Shown: positions 45,979 to 54,403, counted from the stretch's first letter. The stretch is DNA of 64,000 nucleotides from a virus (IMGVR_UViG_3300041409_000348:39564-103563); one strand, 5' to 3'. The notes: generated from the sequence alone by a model not told the origin. Program-made: numbers and translations.

Positions 45979-46145
45979 GCCTCGCTTCCCTCGCGGTTCT
46001 CGTGGCGTTCGCGGTACTCGGCCAGCGCCTCGTTGAGGATGACCTTGAGGTCTACGTCCCGCCGCTCGGCCTCGGCCCGCACCCATGCCGAATCCTCGGC
46101 CGGCGGGTGCCAGCCGAGCATCGGCGTCTTGTGCTGGTTAGGCAT
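45975..46145 (-). CDS. Arc/RHH-like repressor (56 aa, not in ORF track)
   Basis: MPNQHKTPMLGWHPPAEDSAWVRAEAERRDVDLKVILNEALAEYR. Confidence 0.7.
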   Translation of the reverse strand: MPNQHKTPMLGWHPPAEDSAWVRAEAERRDVDLKVILNEALAEYRERHENREGSEA

Positions 46146-46344
46146 CGTCGTCGGTCTCGGTGAACACTGCCGTACGGGCTGCGGTTGATTCCCGTGGCCA
46201 CTCGAACTCGCCCTTGTGGCCGTTCATGGTGAACCAGATCGACTTGCCGGACTTGCTGGTGCGGATGGCGGTGACGGTCCCGCCGACGAGCCGGTCGCCG
46301 ATCTTGACTTCGGTGGTGGGGACGAATTTTGCGTCCAGTGCCAT
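46138..46344 (-). CDS. small beta-barrel-like protein
   Basis: SD GAGGGAG; EVKIGDRLVGGTVTAI. Confidence 0.65.
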   Translation of the reverse strand: MALDAKFVPTTEVKIGDRLVGGTVTAIRTSKSGKSIWFTMNGHKGEFEWPRESTAARTAVFTETDDDA

Positions 46345-46360
46345 CGCGTGCTCCCTCACT

Positions 46361-46404
46361 AGGTGGTTAGCACCAGCTTAACCCAGGTGGTTAGCACCTG
46401 TCAA
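46361..46404 (-). promoter_or_regulatory. sigma70-type promoter with two operator repeats
   Basis: TTGACA-N18-TAAGCT; AGGTGGTTAGCACC at 46361-46374 and 46385-46398. Confidence 0.8.
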
Positions 46405-46428
46405 CACACTTTCCAGGGGTTCACTGAG

Positions 46429-47088
46429 TTGCCGGACGCACCACCACCACCGCCCAAACTGATCCGCTTTCCTGCACTCACCGCCTCCGTCCTCGCCGCT
46501 ATCACCACCGCTGTCCTCGGCTCGTTCATCGGCACCGCCGGGACGCTCGCCGGGGCTGGGCTCGCCTCAGCTGTCGGGGGAGTGGCGACCGCCCTGTACG
46601 AGCGGGGCATCGAGCGGGCGGCGGCGAGAGCACGCACCAGGCGCACCGGGCGGCCCCCGTCACCGCAGGCGCGGGGCAGGAAACTGGCCAGCCGCAAAAT
46701 CATCGTCCGCTCGGCCGCCACCGCCGCGGGGATAGCCGTGGTGACCCTCGGCGTGCTCACCGCCGCCGAGTACGCGGCCGGGCGTCCCGTCTCCGCCATC
46801 GTGCAGGGCACCCACGGGACGGGGCTGTCGGTGACCGGCGGGGGAAACGCCCCGCAGCCGGCCCCGGCACCCGCGAGGACGGGGGCCGCCCCCTCAGTGA
46901 CCCCCGCGCCCTCGTCCATGACTACAGCGCCACCGGGCACGGTCATGTCACCCACCCCCTCGGCCACCTTCACCGTGACGCCCACGGCGAGCCCCACGGC
47001 CGCACCTGCGATCAGCGACCCCGCACTCATCCCATCCACGTCCGCGACGCCGATCCCGTCCGCCACCCCAGGGGAGACGCCGCCGTGA
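46429..47088 (+). CDS. membrane protein with Pro/Thr-rich tail
   Basis: TTAVLGSFIGTAGTLAGAGLASAV TM segments; start uncertain. Confidence 0.6.
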   Translation: MPDAPPPPPKLIRFPALTASVLAAITTAVLGSFIGTAGTLAGAGLASAVGGVATALYERGIERAAARARTRRTGRPPSPQARGRKLASRKIIVRSAATAAGIAVVTLGVLTAAEYAAGRPVSAIVQGTHGTGLSVTGGGNAPQPAPAPARTGAAPSVTPAPSSMTTAPPGTVMSPTPSATFTVTPTASPTAAPAISDPALIPSTSATPIPSATPGETPP

Positions 47089-47417
47089 GCTGGCTGCTGC
47101 ACGTCCTCGGCCTCGACTCGCCATCCGGGCCCGCCTACCTCGCGTGGAGCGGGGCGGGAGGGGATCTGGGCGAGCTCGCGATTGTCGGCGCGCTGCTCGC
47201 GATCGTCCGCAAGCACAACTGTGCAGTAGGCCGCTGCTGGCGGATCGGCCGCCACAAGGTGCCCGGCACGGACCACCTCTGCTGCGCGAAGCACACCCCC
47301 GGCGGAGCACCGACCCACGCGCACATCCTCGCCCTGCACCGGCAGCACACAGCGCGTCTCACCGCGCCCGGCGCACCCAGCGAACGCCTGTACGACCACA
47401 AACGCGACGGCCTCTGA
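47085..47417 (+). CDS. membrane protein with Cys/His motif
   Basis: YLAWSGAGGD...HNC...CWRIGRH...CAKH. Confidence 0.65.
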   Translation: MSWLLHVLGLDSPSGPAYLAWSGAGGDLGELAIVGALLAIVRKHNCAVGRCWRIGRHKVPGTDHLCCAKHTPGGAPTHAHILALHRQHTARLTAPGAPSERLYDHKRDGL

Positions 47418-47484
47418 CCGTAAGGCGCCCTAGCGCACCGCCCGCCCTCCGGAGCCGGCGGTAATCGCATCGACAGGGGAGCCC

Positions 47485-47595
47485 ATGCACTGGTGCTGGA
47501 ACTGCGGTCGTTACGGGCCGCCATCGCGTGTCAAAGGCTGGTGCCAGTCCTGCCTAAAAGCATGGCGGCCCGCCGTCAAGGAGGCCATCCGATGA
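47485..47595 (+). CDS. zinc-ribbon micro-protein (36 aa) coupled to endolysin
   Basis: SD AGGGGAG; CWNC...CQSC; ATGA overlap. Confidence 0.5.
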   Translation: MHWCWNCGRYGPPSRVKGWCQSCLKAWRPAVKEAIR

Positions 47596-48629
47596 CCGCG
47601 AGCGCGCAAGGCATCGACGTCTCGTCGTATCAGCCTGACCAGACTGCCAGCGGACTGGGGAAATACAGCTTCGCGTTCTGCAAGGTCAGCGAGGGCCTGG
47701 CCGGCACCGACCCGCACCTGCCCGCGAACTGGGCCGCGATCAAGGCGGCAGGCATCCACCGCGGCGGGTATCACGAGTTCCACCCGTCCGGAGACCCCGC
47801 CGCGCAGGCCCGCCACTTCGTCGCCGCCGCGAAAACTCAGGGCCTCGTGCCCGGCGACATGCTCGCGGTCGTGGCCAGCGACTACGCGGGTGTCACCTCG
47901 GCGATGATCCGCACCTGCTGCGATGAGGTCGCCGCACTGGCGGGCCCGCACTGCCCGGTGCTGGTCTACAGCGACCTGTCCGTGGCACGCGGTCTCACCA
48001 CCTGCACGAAGTATCCGCTGTGGATCGCCAATCCGGCCAGCAGCGCCCCGCAGGATGTGTCCCCGTGGCCGCGGTGGATGTTCTGGCAGTGGTCGTGGAC
48101 CCCGGAAGACCAGGACGCATTCAACGGGACCGCGGCCAGCCTGAGCGCGTGGATCGCCGGCTACACGGGCGGGAACACGCCCGCCGCACCCGCCGCCACT
48201 GTCGCGGGCTGGCTTGCGCAGGGCCAGAAGTCCCTCGCCGACCTGTGCTCCGGGTCGCTGCACAACGGCGTGTCCACGGTGCTCCGCCTCACCGCCGAAC
48301 GCAGCCCGGGTGCCGTCTACGCCCCCGCGCTGGCGACGTACCTCAACGGGGTGTTCGCCGCCGACAAGGCCGTGATCCCGGCCGGGGTGGTGCTGTTCTA
48401 TCCCAAGGGCAGCGGAGACGAGGCGTTCACGTCCCGCGGCGATCAGACGCTGCAGGGGCTGGCGAACACGTGGCACTGCGAGTGCTCCGCGATCGTCCGG
48501 CTCACCGCCGAGAAGTCGCCGGGGTCGGTTTTCTCCGGCGCCATGGCCACCTACCTGGATGGGGTTTTCCAGCGTGCGGCCAGCGGGCCGAAAGTCCCGG
48601 TCGGCGTCCACCTGTACTACGAAACGTGA
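47592..48629 (+). CDS. endolysin, GH25 muramidase with two C-terminal repeats
   Basis: GIDVSSYQ, FAFCKVSEG, RGGYH, WMFWQW...DQDAFNG. Confidence 0.88.
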   Translation: MTASAQGIDVSSYQPDQTASGLGKYSFAFCKVSEGLAGTDPHLPANWAAIKAAGIHRGGYHEFHPSGDPAAQARHFVAAAKTQGLVPGDMLAVVASDYAGVTSAMIRTCCDEVAALAGPHCPVLVYSDLSVARGLTTCTKYPLWIANPASSAPQDVSPWPRWMFWQWSWTPEDQDAFNGTAASLSAWIAGYTGGNTPAAPAATVAGWLAQGQKSLADLCSGSLHNGVSTVLRLTAERSPGAVYAPALATYLNGVFAADKAVIPAGVVLFYPKGSGDEAFTSRGDQTLQGLANTWHCECSAIVRLTAEKSPGSVFSGAMATYLDGVFQRAASGPKVPVGVHLYYET

Positions 48630-48775
48630 AATGGGCCGTCGCGGTGATCTGCGCCTACGAGGTCACCGCCATCACATCCGGGAAAGTCCCCACCGTGACC
48701 GAGCTGTGCAGGCGCTACCCGGACCTGAGCCGGGTCATGGTGGGCGGTCTCGCCATGCACCTGAACGACCACTGA
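48626..48775 (+). CDS. small lysis-cassette protein
   Basis: GTGA coupling to endolysin. Confidence 0.55.
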   Translation: MKWAVAVICAYEVTAITSGKVPTVTELCRRYPDLSRVMVGGLAMHLNDH

Positions 48776-48784
48776 GGCGGGCAG

Positions 48785-49027
48785 GTGAGCTCACCGGGCG
48801 GATTCAAAGGCTCCCCGCTCCGCTTCCGCATCGAGAAGTGGGCGTGGGTCGCTCTCACCGTCGCCGTGGTCGTCGCCGACGTCTGGTTCCCGGCGTTCTG
48901 GCAGAAGATCAGCATCGTCTACCTCGCGGTTGTCTCCAACTACGCCCTCGTCGCCGCTCTCGCGTCCTGCGAGCAGGCCGCCGAAGCGAAACAGGAAGCT
49001 CAAGCGGGACAAGGAGAACCGGCATGA
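48785..49027 (+). CDS. 2-TM membrane protein
   Basis: Hydrophobic segments; lysis cassette. Confidence 0.65.
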   Translation: MSSPGGFKGSPLRFRIEKWAWVALTVAVVVADVWFPAFWQKISIVYLAVVSNYALVAALASCEQAAEAKQEAQAGQGEPA

Positions 49028-49203
49028 AGCTCGCCCTCATCATCATCTTCAAGATCGTCGCCCTGCTGTTCCTGATCCTCGCCGCCGCCTACGCCGGGGG
49101 GATCATCACCGCGTCCGGGGCCGGCTGGCTGCTCGCGGGCGGGCTGGCCACGTGGTGCCTGGCGTCCCTGATCGAATCCCTGCCGATCCGGGAAACGCCG
49201 TGA
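49024..49203 (+). CDS. 2-TM membrane protein
   Basis: SD AAGGAG; ATGA coupling. Confidence 0.65.
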   Translation: MKLALIIIFKIVALLFLILAAAYAGGIITASGAGWLLAGGLATWCLASLIESLPIRETP

Positions 49204-49445
49204 CCGGCGGGCCGGTCGAGACCAAGGTCGCTGCGGGTGCCGCGGCCGGGACGATCACGGGTGTCATCACCTGGATTCTGGTCACCTACGTGCCCGTGTT
49301 CCATTCGGGGCTGCCGTCGGCGCTGGCGGCGTTCCTGCCGTACATCGTCACGCTGGTAGCGAGCACGGTCAGCGCCTATCTGGCCCCGCACACATCGCGC
49401 CCCGCCCCGGTGCCGCCCGTAGCACCCGCACCCGCCGTGCAGTAG
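49200..49445 (+). CDS. holin
   Basis: VETKVAAG...2 TM...AYLAPHT.RP actinophage holin pattern. Confidence 0.75.
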   Translation: MTGGPVETKVAAGAAAGTITGVITWILVTYVPVFHSGLPSALAAFLPYIVTLVASTVSAYLAPHTSRPAPVPPVAPAPAVQ

Positions 49446-49459
49446 CCCGAGCAACACAG

Positions 49460-49502
49460 AAGCCGCCGCCCTTTCCCTTCGGGGGGAGGGCGGCGGCTTT
49501 TT
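49460..49502 (+). terminator. intrinsic terminator ending the late operon
   Basis: AAGCCGCCGCCCT...AGGGCGGCGGCTT followed by T run. Confidence 0.8.
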
Positions 49503-49520
49503 ACGTTGGGCGGAAGTCCT

Positions 49521-49805
49521 TTATCTTGCGGCCCCGGCCTGGATGCGGCTGAGGAACGCGCCCCACCCCTCCGGAGTGACCTCCAGAACCGGGCCGGGAT
49601 CCTTGCTGTCACGGACCCCGACGACACCGGCACCGTTCCCGGCCTCCACGCACTGCCCGTTAGCGACGCTGTGGGTGGCTTTGCGCCAGTCCGCTACCTC
49701 CACGCACGCACCCTGGCTGTTGCTGCGGGTGCTCTTGCGCCAGGCCGCCACCTCGACGCACTGGCCGCTGGCGGTGCTTCGGGTGCTCTTACGCCATGAG
49801 TTCAT
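49521..49805 (-). CDS. DUF397 protein with triplicated N-terminal motif
   Basis: WRK(S/A)T.S....CVE x3 then VGVRDSKDP.GPVL...W.AFL. Confidence 0.92.
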   Translation of the reverse strand: MNSWRKSTRSTASGQCVEVAAWRKSTRSNSQGACVEVADWRKATHSVANGQCVEAGNGAGVVGVRDSKDPGPVLEVTPEGWGAFLSRIQAGAAR

Positions 49806-49811
49806 CGCGGA

Positions 49812-49940
49812 TCAACCGTAACGGAGCACAGGCTCGAACGGCGTGTCCATGACGTTGTTCCACGCGAGCTGGATGGGGCCGTTGGTGAGAGTGCAGGGCC
49901 CGTTGGAGAACGAGTTGCCCCGCAGGGCTTCCGCGCTCAC
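49812..49940 (-). CDS. micro-protein (42 aa)
   Basis: GTGA coupling to upstream peptide gene. Confidence 0.4.
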   Translation of the reverse strand: MSAEALRGNSFSNGPCTLTNGPIQLAWNNVMDTPFEPVLRYG

Positions 49941-50089
49941 CCGTCGAAGACGTGGTTCGGGTTGGCGTGGAGTCCCGCAGCCGCAGCGACCGGGGCCGCC
50001 GAGGAAACCGCCGTCGCGACGGACACGCCAGCGACGCTGCCTGCCGCCGCGAGCGACAGAGCGACCGCCGCGATTCGCCTCTTGATCAT
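49937..50089 (-). CDS. secreted micro-peptide precursor (50 aa)
   Basis: SD GGGAGG; MIKRR + hydrophobic signal; polar tail LHANPNHVFDG. Confidence 0.7.
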   Translation of the reverse strand: MIKRRIAAVALSLAAAGSVAGVSVATAVSSAAPVAAAAGLHANPNHVFDG

Positions 50090-50293
50090 GATTCCTCCCG
50101 GATGGGTGAAACTTTGGCCATTTGACGGGATTATGGCACACATGGCAGGCATGGCCTAGACCCCCGGGGAGGGTGTGTGGTGTCACCGTCCAGGCGGAAT
50201 GTTCCCGGTTCCGTATCCGGGTCGTTGCTCGCAGTGCTTAGGCTCGGCTGGTGGACATGCCCGGACCCCGGGCCCTCAAAGCGGAGGTATGTG

Positions 50294-51562
50294 ATGCGGT
50301 GGCGGCCGATCTCGTGGAAGTCAGCAGTACACCTCGACCGGCGCCCGGCACGGACATCCCTGATAGGGCCACCCGCGGCCTGCCCCGTGGATCCGCCGGC
50401 TTTACTGCCACCGCATCTGCCGGAGCCGGTGGTGCTCCGGGACAGCCTCGCCGGGATGAACGGCGGCGCGCAGAAGGTCGCCGGGGACTTCTACGCCACC
50501 CTGTTCCGGTACCACCCGGAACTGCGGGACATGTTCCCCGCGATGATGAACAACCAGAACGAGCGCCTGTTCGGGGCGCTGCTGAACATCGTCAAACTGC
50601 TGGACGCACCGGACCAGCTCGCCCGGTACCTGAGCCAGCTCGGCGCCGACCACCTGAAGTACGGGGTCCGGCCCGAGCATTACGCCCCGGTCGGGCAGTC
50701 GCTCCTGGCCGCGCTGCGGCACAACTGCCCCGCCCTGGACGAGCGGGCCGAGGCGGGCTGGCTGGCTGCCTACACGTTCGCGGCGGGGGCGATGATGGCG
50801 GGCGCGGAAACGCACCGCGGTCCGGCGGTCTGGCACGGGCGGGTGATCCGGCATGAACGCCGGTCCCGGGACCTGGCGGTCCTCGAGGTGGAGACGAACG
50901 AGCCGCTGCCGTATCTCGCGGGCCAGTTCGTGACTGTGCAGACCGCGAAGTGGCAGCGGGTGTGGCGGCCGTTCTCGATCGCGAACGCCCCCGCGCAGGA
51001 CGGCAGCAGGATCACCCTGCATGTGCGGTCCATCCCCGGCGGGTGGGTGTCCACCGCACTGGTCCGCGACACCAGGGACGGCGATGAGCTGATCATCGGC
51101 CCGGCGACGGGCACCATGACCAGCGATCAGGTCAGCGACCGGGACCTGCTGTGCGTCGCCGGCGGTACGGGCCTGGCACCGGTCAAGGCTGTCGTGGAGG
51201 ACGTGCTGCGCGGCGACGAGGCAGCGGTGGCGGGCGGGTACGGGATGCGCCGCAACATTCACCTGTTCCACGGGGCGAAAACCCCGCTGGAGCTGTACGA
51301 CATGCCCGCCCTGCATGAACTGGCCCACGCCTACCCGTGGCTGCGGGTCATCCCCGTCGTATCGGACGATCCGGCCTTCTCGGGCCGTCAGGGGTATGTT
51401 TCGGACGCTGCCCTCGGTTACGCTGACTGGTCGGACGCGGAGGCGTTCGTCGCAGGCCCAGCCAGCATGGTGGGCCTGACCGCTGACGGCTTGTGCAAAG
51501 CGGGCATGGCAGCCAGCCAGGTCCACCGCGACGACCTCGAGGTGACCAAGGCAGTTGCTTAG
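50294..51562 (+). CDS. flavohaemoglobin-like protein (globin + FAD/NAD(P)H reductase)
   Basis: FYATLF..HPELRDMFP; LGADHLKYGVRPEHY (proximal His); WRPFSIAN; GWVS; AGGTGLAP; AGP; SD GGAGG 50283-50287. Confidence 0.92.
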   Translation: MRWRPISWKSAVHLDRRPARTSLIGPPAACPVDPPALLPPHLPEPVVLRDSLAGMNGGAQKVAGDFYATLFRYHPELRDMFPAMMNNQNERLFGALLNIVKLLDAPDQLARYLSQLGADHLKYGVRPEHYAPVGQSLLAALRHNCPALDERAEAGWLAAYTFAAGAMMAGAETHRGPAVWHGRVIRHERRSRDLAVLEVETNEPLPYLAGQFVTVQTAKWQRVWRPFSIANAPAQDGSRITLHVRSIPGGWVSTALVRDTRDGDELIIGPATGTMTSDQVSDRDLLCVAGGTGLAPVKAVVEDVLRGDEAAVAGGYGMRRNIHLFHGAKTPLELYDMPALHELAHAYPWLRVIPVVSDDPAFSGRQGYVSDAALGYADWSDAEAFVAGPASMVGLTADGLCKAGMAASQVHRDDLEVTKAVA

Positions 51563-52685
51563 CTTCCGGCGCAGAACCCCCGAGCCCACGGGGATACCGG
51601 CCGTGGACATGGCCGAAGCCGAGGACTTCATCCGCGGGTTCCACTCCGCCACCCCCGGCGCCGGTGACACGGGCCGGCGGGTCCGCGAGGCCAGGGAGTC
51701 CATCGCCGCCACCGGGACCTACACCCACACCCTGCCGGAGCTGACGTACGCGGCCCGGGTCGCGTGGAGGCACGCCGGCCGGTGCGTGGGCCGGGACAAG
51801 TGGCGGTCGCTGCGGCTCCGGGACAAGCGGGACGTGTCCGCCCCCGCCAGCGTCGCCGCCGAGGTCATCGGGCATCTGCGGGAAGCCACCAACGGGGGAC
51901 GGATCCGCTCCACCATCACCGTATTCGCGCCGGACACACCACACCGCCGCGGCCCCCGCATCCTCAACAGCCAGGCCATCCGCTACGCCGGCTACCAGCA
52001 GCCGGACGGCGTGCTCGGCGACCCCGCGAACCAGCAGCTCACCACACTGGCGCTGCGGCTCGGCTGGGAGCCGGGCAAGAGCCAGTTCGACATTCTGCCG
52101 CTGATCATCCAGGGACCGGACGGGGGCCTGTCAGCCTGGACGATCCCCGGCGACGCGGTGCTGGAGGTGCCGATCAGCCACCCCGGCTACCCGTGGTTCA
52201 CCGAACTGGGGCTGCGCTGGTATGCGCTGCCGGTGATCTGCGACATGTACCTCGACGCGGGCGGCATCCGCTACCCGTGCTCACCGTTCTCCGGCTGGTA
52301 CATGGCCTCCACCGAGGTCGGCGTGCGGGACCTGGGGGACGTGGACCGCTACAACGTCCTCCCTGATGTAGCCAAAGGGATGGGCCTGGACACGGCCCGG
52401 CTGGACACGTTCTGGAAGGACCGGGCGGCGGTCGAGCTGGCCGACGCGGTTCACCGCAGCTACCGGGCGGCCGGGGTGATGGTCACCGACCATCAGACCG
52501 AGGCGGCCCGGTTCGCCAGGTGGGCGACGGCCGAGGAGAAAGCCGGCTGCCCGGTGTACGCGGAGTGGGCGTGGATGGTCCCGCCGATCAGCGGCAGCAC
52601 GACCCCTGTTTTTCACCGGGCCTATCCGGATCGGGTGATCAAGCCGGGATACTTCCGGCACGAGGATCCGTTCCCCAGCCGGTGA
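51555..52685 (+). CDS. nos: nitric oxide synthase oxygenase
   Basis: AWRHAGRCVGR (haem Cys), IRYAGY, GDPAN, FDILPL, WYALP, PFSGWYM..TEVGVRDL.D..RYN, WMVPPISGSTTPVFH. Confidence 0.95.
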   Translation: MLSFRRRTPEPTGIPAVDMAEAEDFIRGFHSATPGAGDTGRRVREARESIAATGTYTHTLPELTYAARVAWRHAGRCVGRDKWRSLRLRDKRDVSAPASVAAEVIGHLREATNGGRIRSTITVFAPDTPHRRGPRILNSQAIRYAGYQQPDGVLGDPANQQLTTLALRLGWEPGKSQFDILPLIIQGPDGGLSAWTIPGDAVLEVPISHPGYPWFTELGLRWYALPVICDMYLDAGGIRYPCSPFSGWYMASTEVGVRDLGDVDRYNVLPDVAKGMGLDTARLDTFWKDRAAVELADAVHRSYRAAGVMVTDHQTEAARFARWATAEEKAGCPVYAEWAWMVPPISGSTTPVFHRAYPDRVIKPGYFRHEDPFPSR

Positions 52686-52733
52686 CGGATACGGGAACGT
52701 GTCAACGGTCAATGTCATGGCCTGTGACATTCG

Positions 52734-52991
52734 TCAACGTCGCTGGTCACGAGCCTGGGCTTTCGCCCAGGCCGCGCGGAATTCGGGGTCGTTTTTGAGG
52801 CTCTCTTCGATGAATTGGTCCAGGTCGTCAGGACCGTCCGGCAGCACGTCCCGAATGTCTTTCCACGCAGCGTTCATGTCGTCGGCCACGGTGACGTCCG
52901 GGGGTAGCGGTGGCTTGAGCGAGCCAGTGAAGTCCATCAGGTGAGCCATGCCCCGAAAGAACGCCCGAGCCTGCTGTCTGAAGGTAAGCAC
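52734..52991 (-). CDS. hypothetical protein
   Basis: Plausible ORF, DPEFRAAW tail. Confidence 0.5.
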   Translation of the reverse strand: MLTFRQQARAFFRGMAHLMDFTGSLKPPLPPDVTVADDMNAAWKDIRDVLPDGPDDLDQFIEESLKNDPEFRAAWAKAQARDQRR

Positions 52992-53028
52992 CGTGTCAAA
53001 CTCCCAATGTCATGCCTGTAGATATTTG

Positions 53029-53226
53029 TCATTCGTCCTGGTCAGCGGCGTGCTCACCGTGGCACAGAAGCGTCTCCGGGGCCGCGCGCACGTAGATGCC
53101 GCTGGTGTGTGCCCGGCCGCAACGGCAGCAGGTCTGCTCGCCGTCGTCGCGGACCCGGGTCGGTGGCCGCCCGGGATACAGGGCATCCCAGCATCGCTCG
53201 CAGTGGTTATGCGTCCAGGCGCTCAC
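53029..53226 (-). CDS. zinc-ribbon small protein
   Basis: SD AGGAGG; CERC...CCRC. Confidence 0.6.
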   Translation of the reverse strand: MSAWTHNHCERCWDALYPGRPPTRVRDDGEQTCCRCGRAHTSGIYVRAAPETLLCHGEHAADQDE

Positions 53227-53236
53227 AGAGTTCCTC

Positions 53237-53512
53237 CTAGTGCGGGTGCTCGGTGGCACGTGATCCCGGCAGCGGCGGGCCACTGCCCGGCCGTGGCTGC
53301 TCCCCGGCCTGAGCCTTCACGTACTCGGGATCACCGTCCAGCACGCCACCGGGAGCGTTGTACCGGGCGTCCAGCTCATTCCACACGTCCGGCCACGCCT
53401 CCCGCAGCAACGCCAGGTTGGTGGTGTCAGCGCCGCGCATCGCAGCCATGATCAGGGCCTCGAACGGTGTGCCGGCGAGATACCGGCTGACCGTGTAATC
53501 GTAGAAGGTCAT
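53237..53512 (-). CDS. hypothetical protein
   Basis: FEALIMAAMRGADTTNL...ARYNAPGG; ATGA coupling. Confidence 0.65.
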   Translation of the reverse strand: MTFYDYTVSRYLAGTPFEALIMAAMRGADTTNLALLREAWPDVWNELDARYNAPGGVLDGDPEYVKAQAGEQPRPGSGPPLPGSRATEHPH

Positions 53513-53814
53513 GACACTGGCTCCCAATCTCTCGGCCCTTCCGGGTGCGCGGCCTTGTATTCGGCGCTCGCGGGCACGTGGTCCGCTCTCCATCCTGCGT
53601 CCCTGCTCCCCGCAGCGGGCTTACTGGGCTTCCCGTGTCGCACAGCGGCCCGGACCTGCACAACGATGTAGGTGACGATCGAGACGGCCACCAGGACCAT
53701 CAGCAGCACGCCGAGGACCGGGGAGAGGCCGAACGCCGCACCGAGCAGGATGAGCGCGAGCAGCAGACTGCCCCCGTGCGTGCGGTGGTGATGGTGATGG
53801 TGGTGGCATCTCAT
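53509..53814 (-). CDS. membrane protein with N-terminal His run
   Basis: MRCHHHHHHR then hydrophobic segments; ATGA coupling. Confidence 0.55.
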   Translation of the reverse strand: MRCHHHHHHHRTHGGSLLLALILLGAAFGLSPVLGVLLMVLVAVSIVTYIVVQVRAAVRHGKPSKPAAGSRDAGWRADHVPASAEYKAAHPEGPRDWEPVS

Positions 53815-54017
53815 GGCTTGGCCTCTCGTGCCATGGTGCGCAGCCGCCGGGCTCTCGCGGACAGCAACTCTGCACTGTCCGCGAGGCCAGCCACTGACAC
53901 CTCGGCTGCTAGTTCGTCCATCCGGCGCGCTTGCCGGTTCCACACCACGGCGTTGATCCGCCACAGGCCCGTCTTCGCCGCTATCCAGGTCTTCACTAGC
54001 TCCCAGATGCGGCTCAT
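53811..54017 (-). CDS. hypothetical protein
   Basis: ATGA coupling on both sides. Confidence 0.55.
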   Translation of the reverse strand: MSRIWELVKTWIAAKTGLWRINAVVWNRQARRMDELAAEVSVAGLADSAELLSARARRLRTMAREAKP

Positions 54018-54403
54018 GACTGGCTGCCGTAGACGGTTTGCCAGCCGAGCCGCCGGGACTGCGCGTCGATCAGGCCGCGCCAGTTCGGGGGCGGAGGGTA
54101 GTTCCCGTTTTCGCCGTCGCCCTTGTAATAGACATTCGGTGCTCCGCCGCCGGCCCGGAAGGTGATCCCGAGCCGCTCGGCGTCCGCCTTGATGACGTCG
54201 ATGACGGCCGTCAGGGTCGCCTCGGAGCCGTCCCGCACGGCGTAGCGGGTGTTCAGCTTGCCCTGCGTGGAGATGATCCCGTTCGCGGCGTCGTCGTCGC
54301 AGAAGCCGCTGTCGAAGTATTCGACCTCGGCGCTCCACGCGCCGCCGTGCCAGTCCGAGTAGGCGACCACGATGCCGGTGGACCAGTAGCCGTTGCCGAT
54401 CAT
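54014..54403 (-). CDS. hypothetical protein
   Basis: SD GGAGAAGGGG; high GC3. Confidence 0.65.
   Translation of the reverse strand: MIGNGYWSTGIVVAYSDWHGGAWSAEVEYFDSGFCDDDAANGIISTQGKLNTRYAVRDGSEATLTAVIDVIKADAERLGITFRAGGGAPNVYYKGDGENGNYPPPPNWRGLIDAQSRRLGWQTVYGSQS

Noticed and set aside
50177-50293. Longer N-terminus for the flavohaemoglobin
   Set aside because: The SD GGAGG at 50283-50287 favours ATG 50294; the upstream region looks like the divergent promoter.
53785-53806. His6 run as a cloning tag
   Set aside because: Sits in a coupled natural ORF with mixed CAC/CAT codons and no vector sequence.
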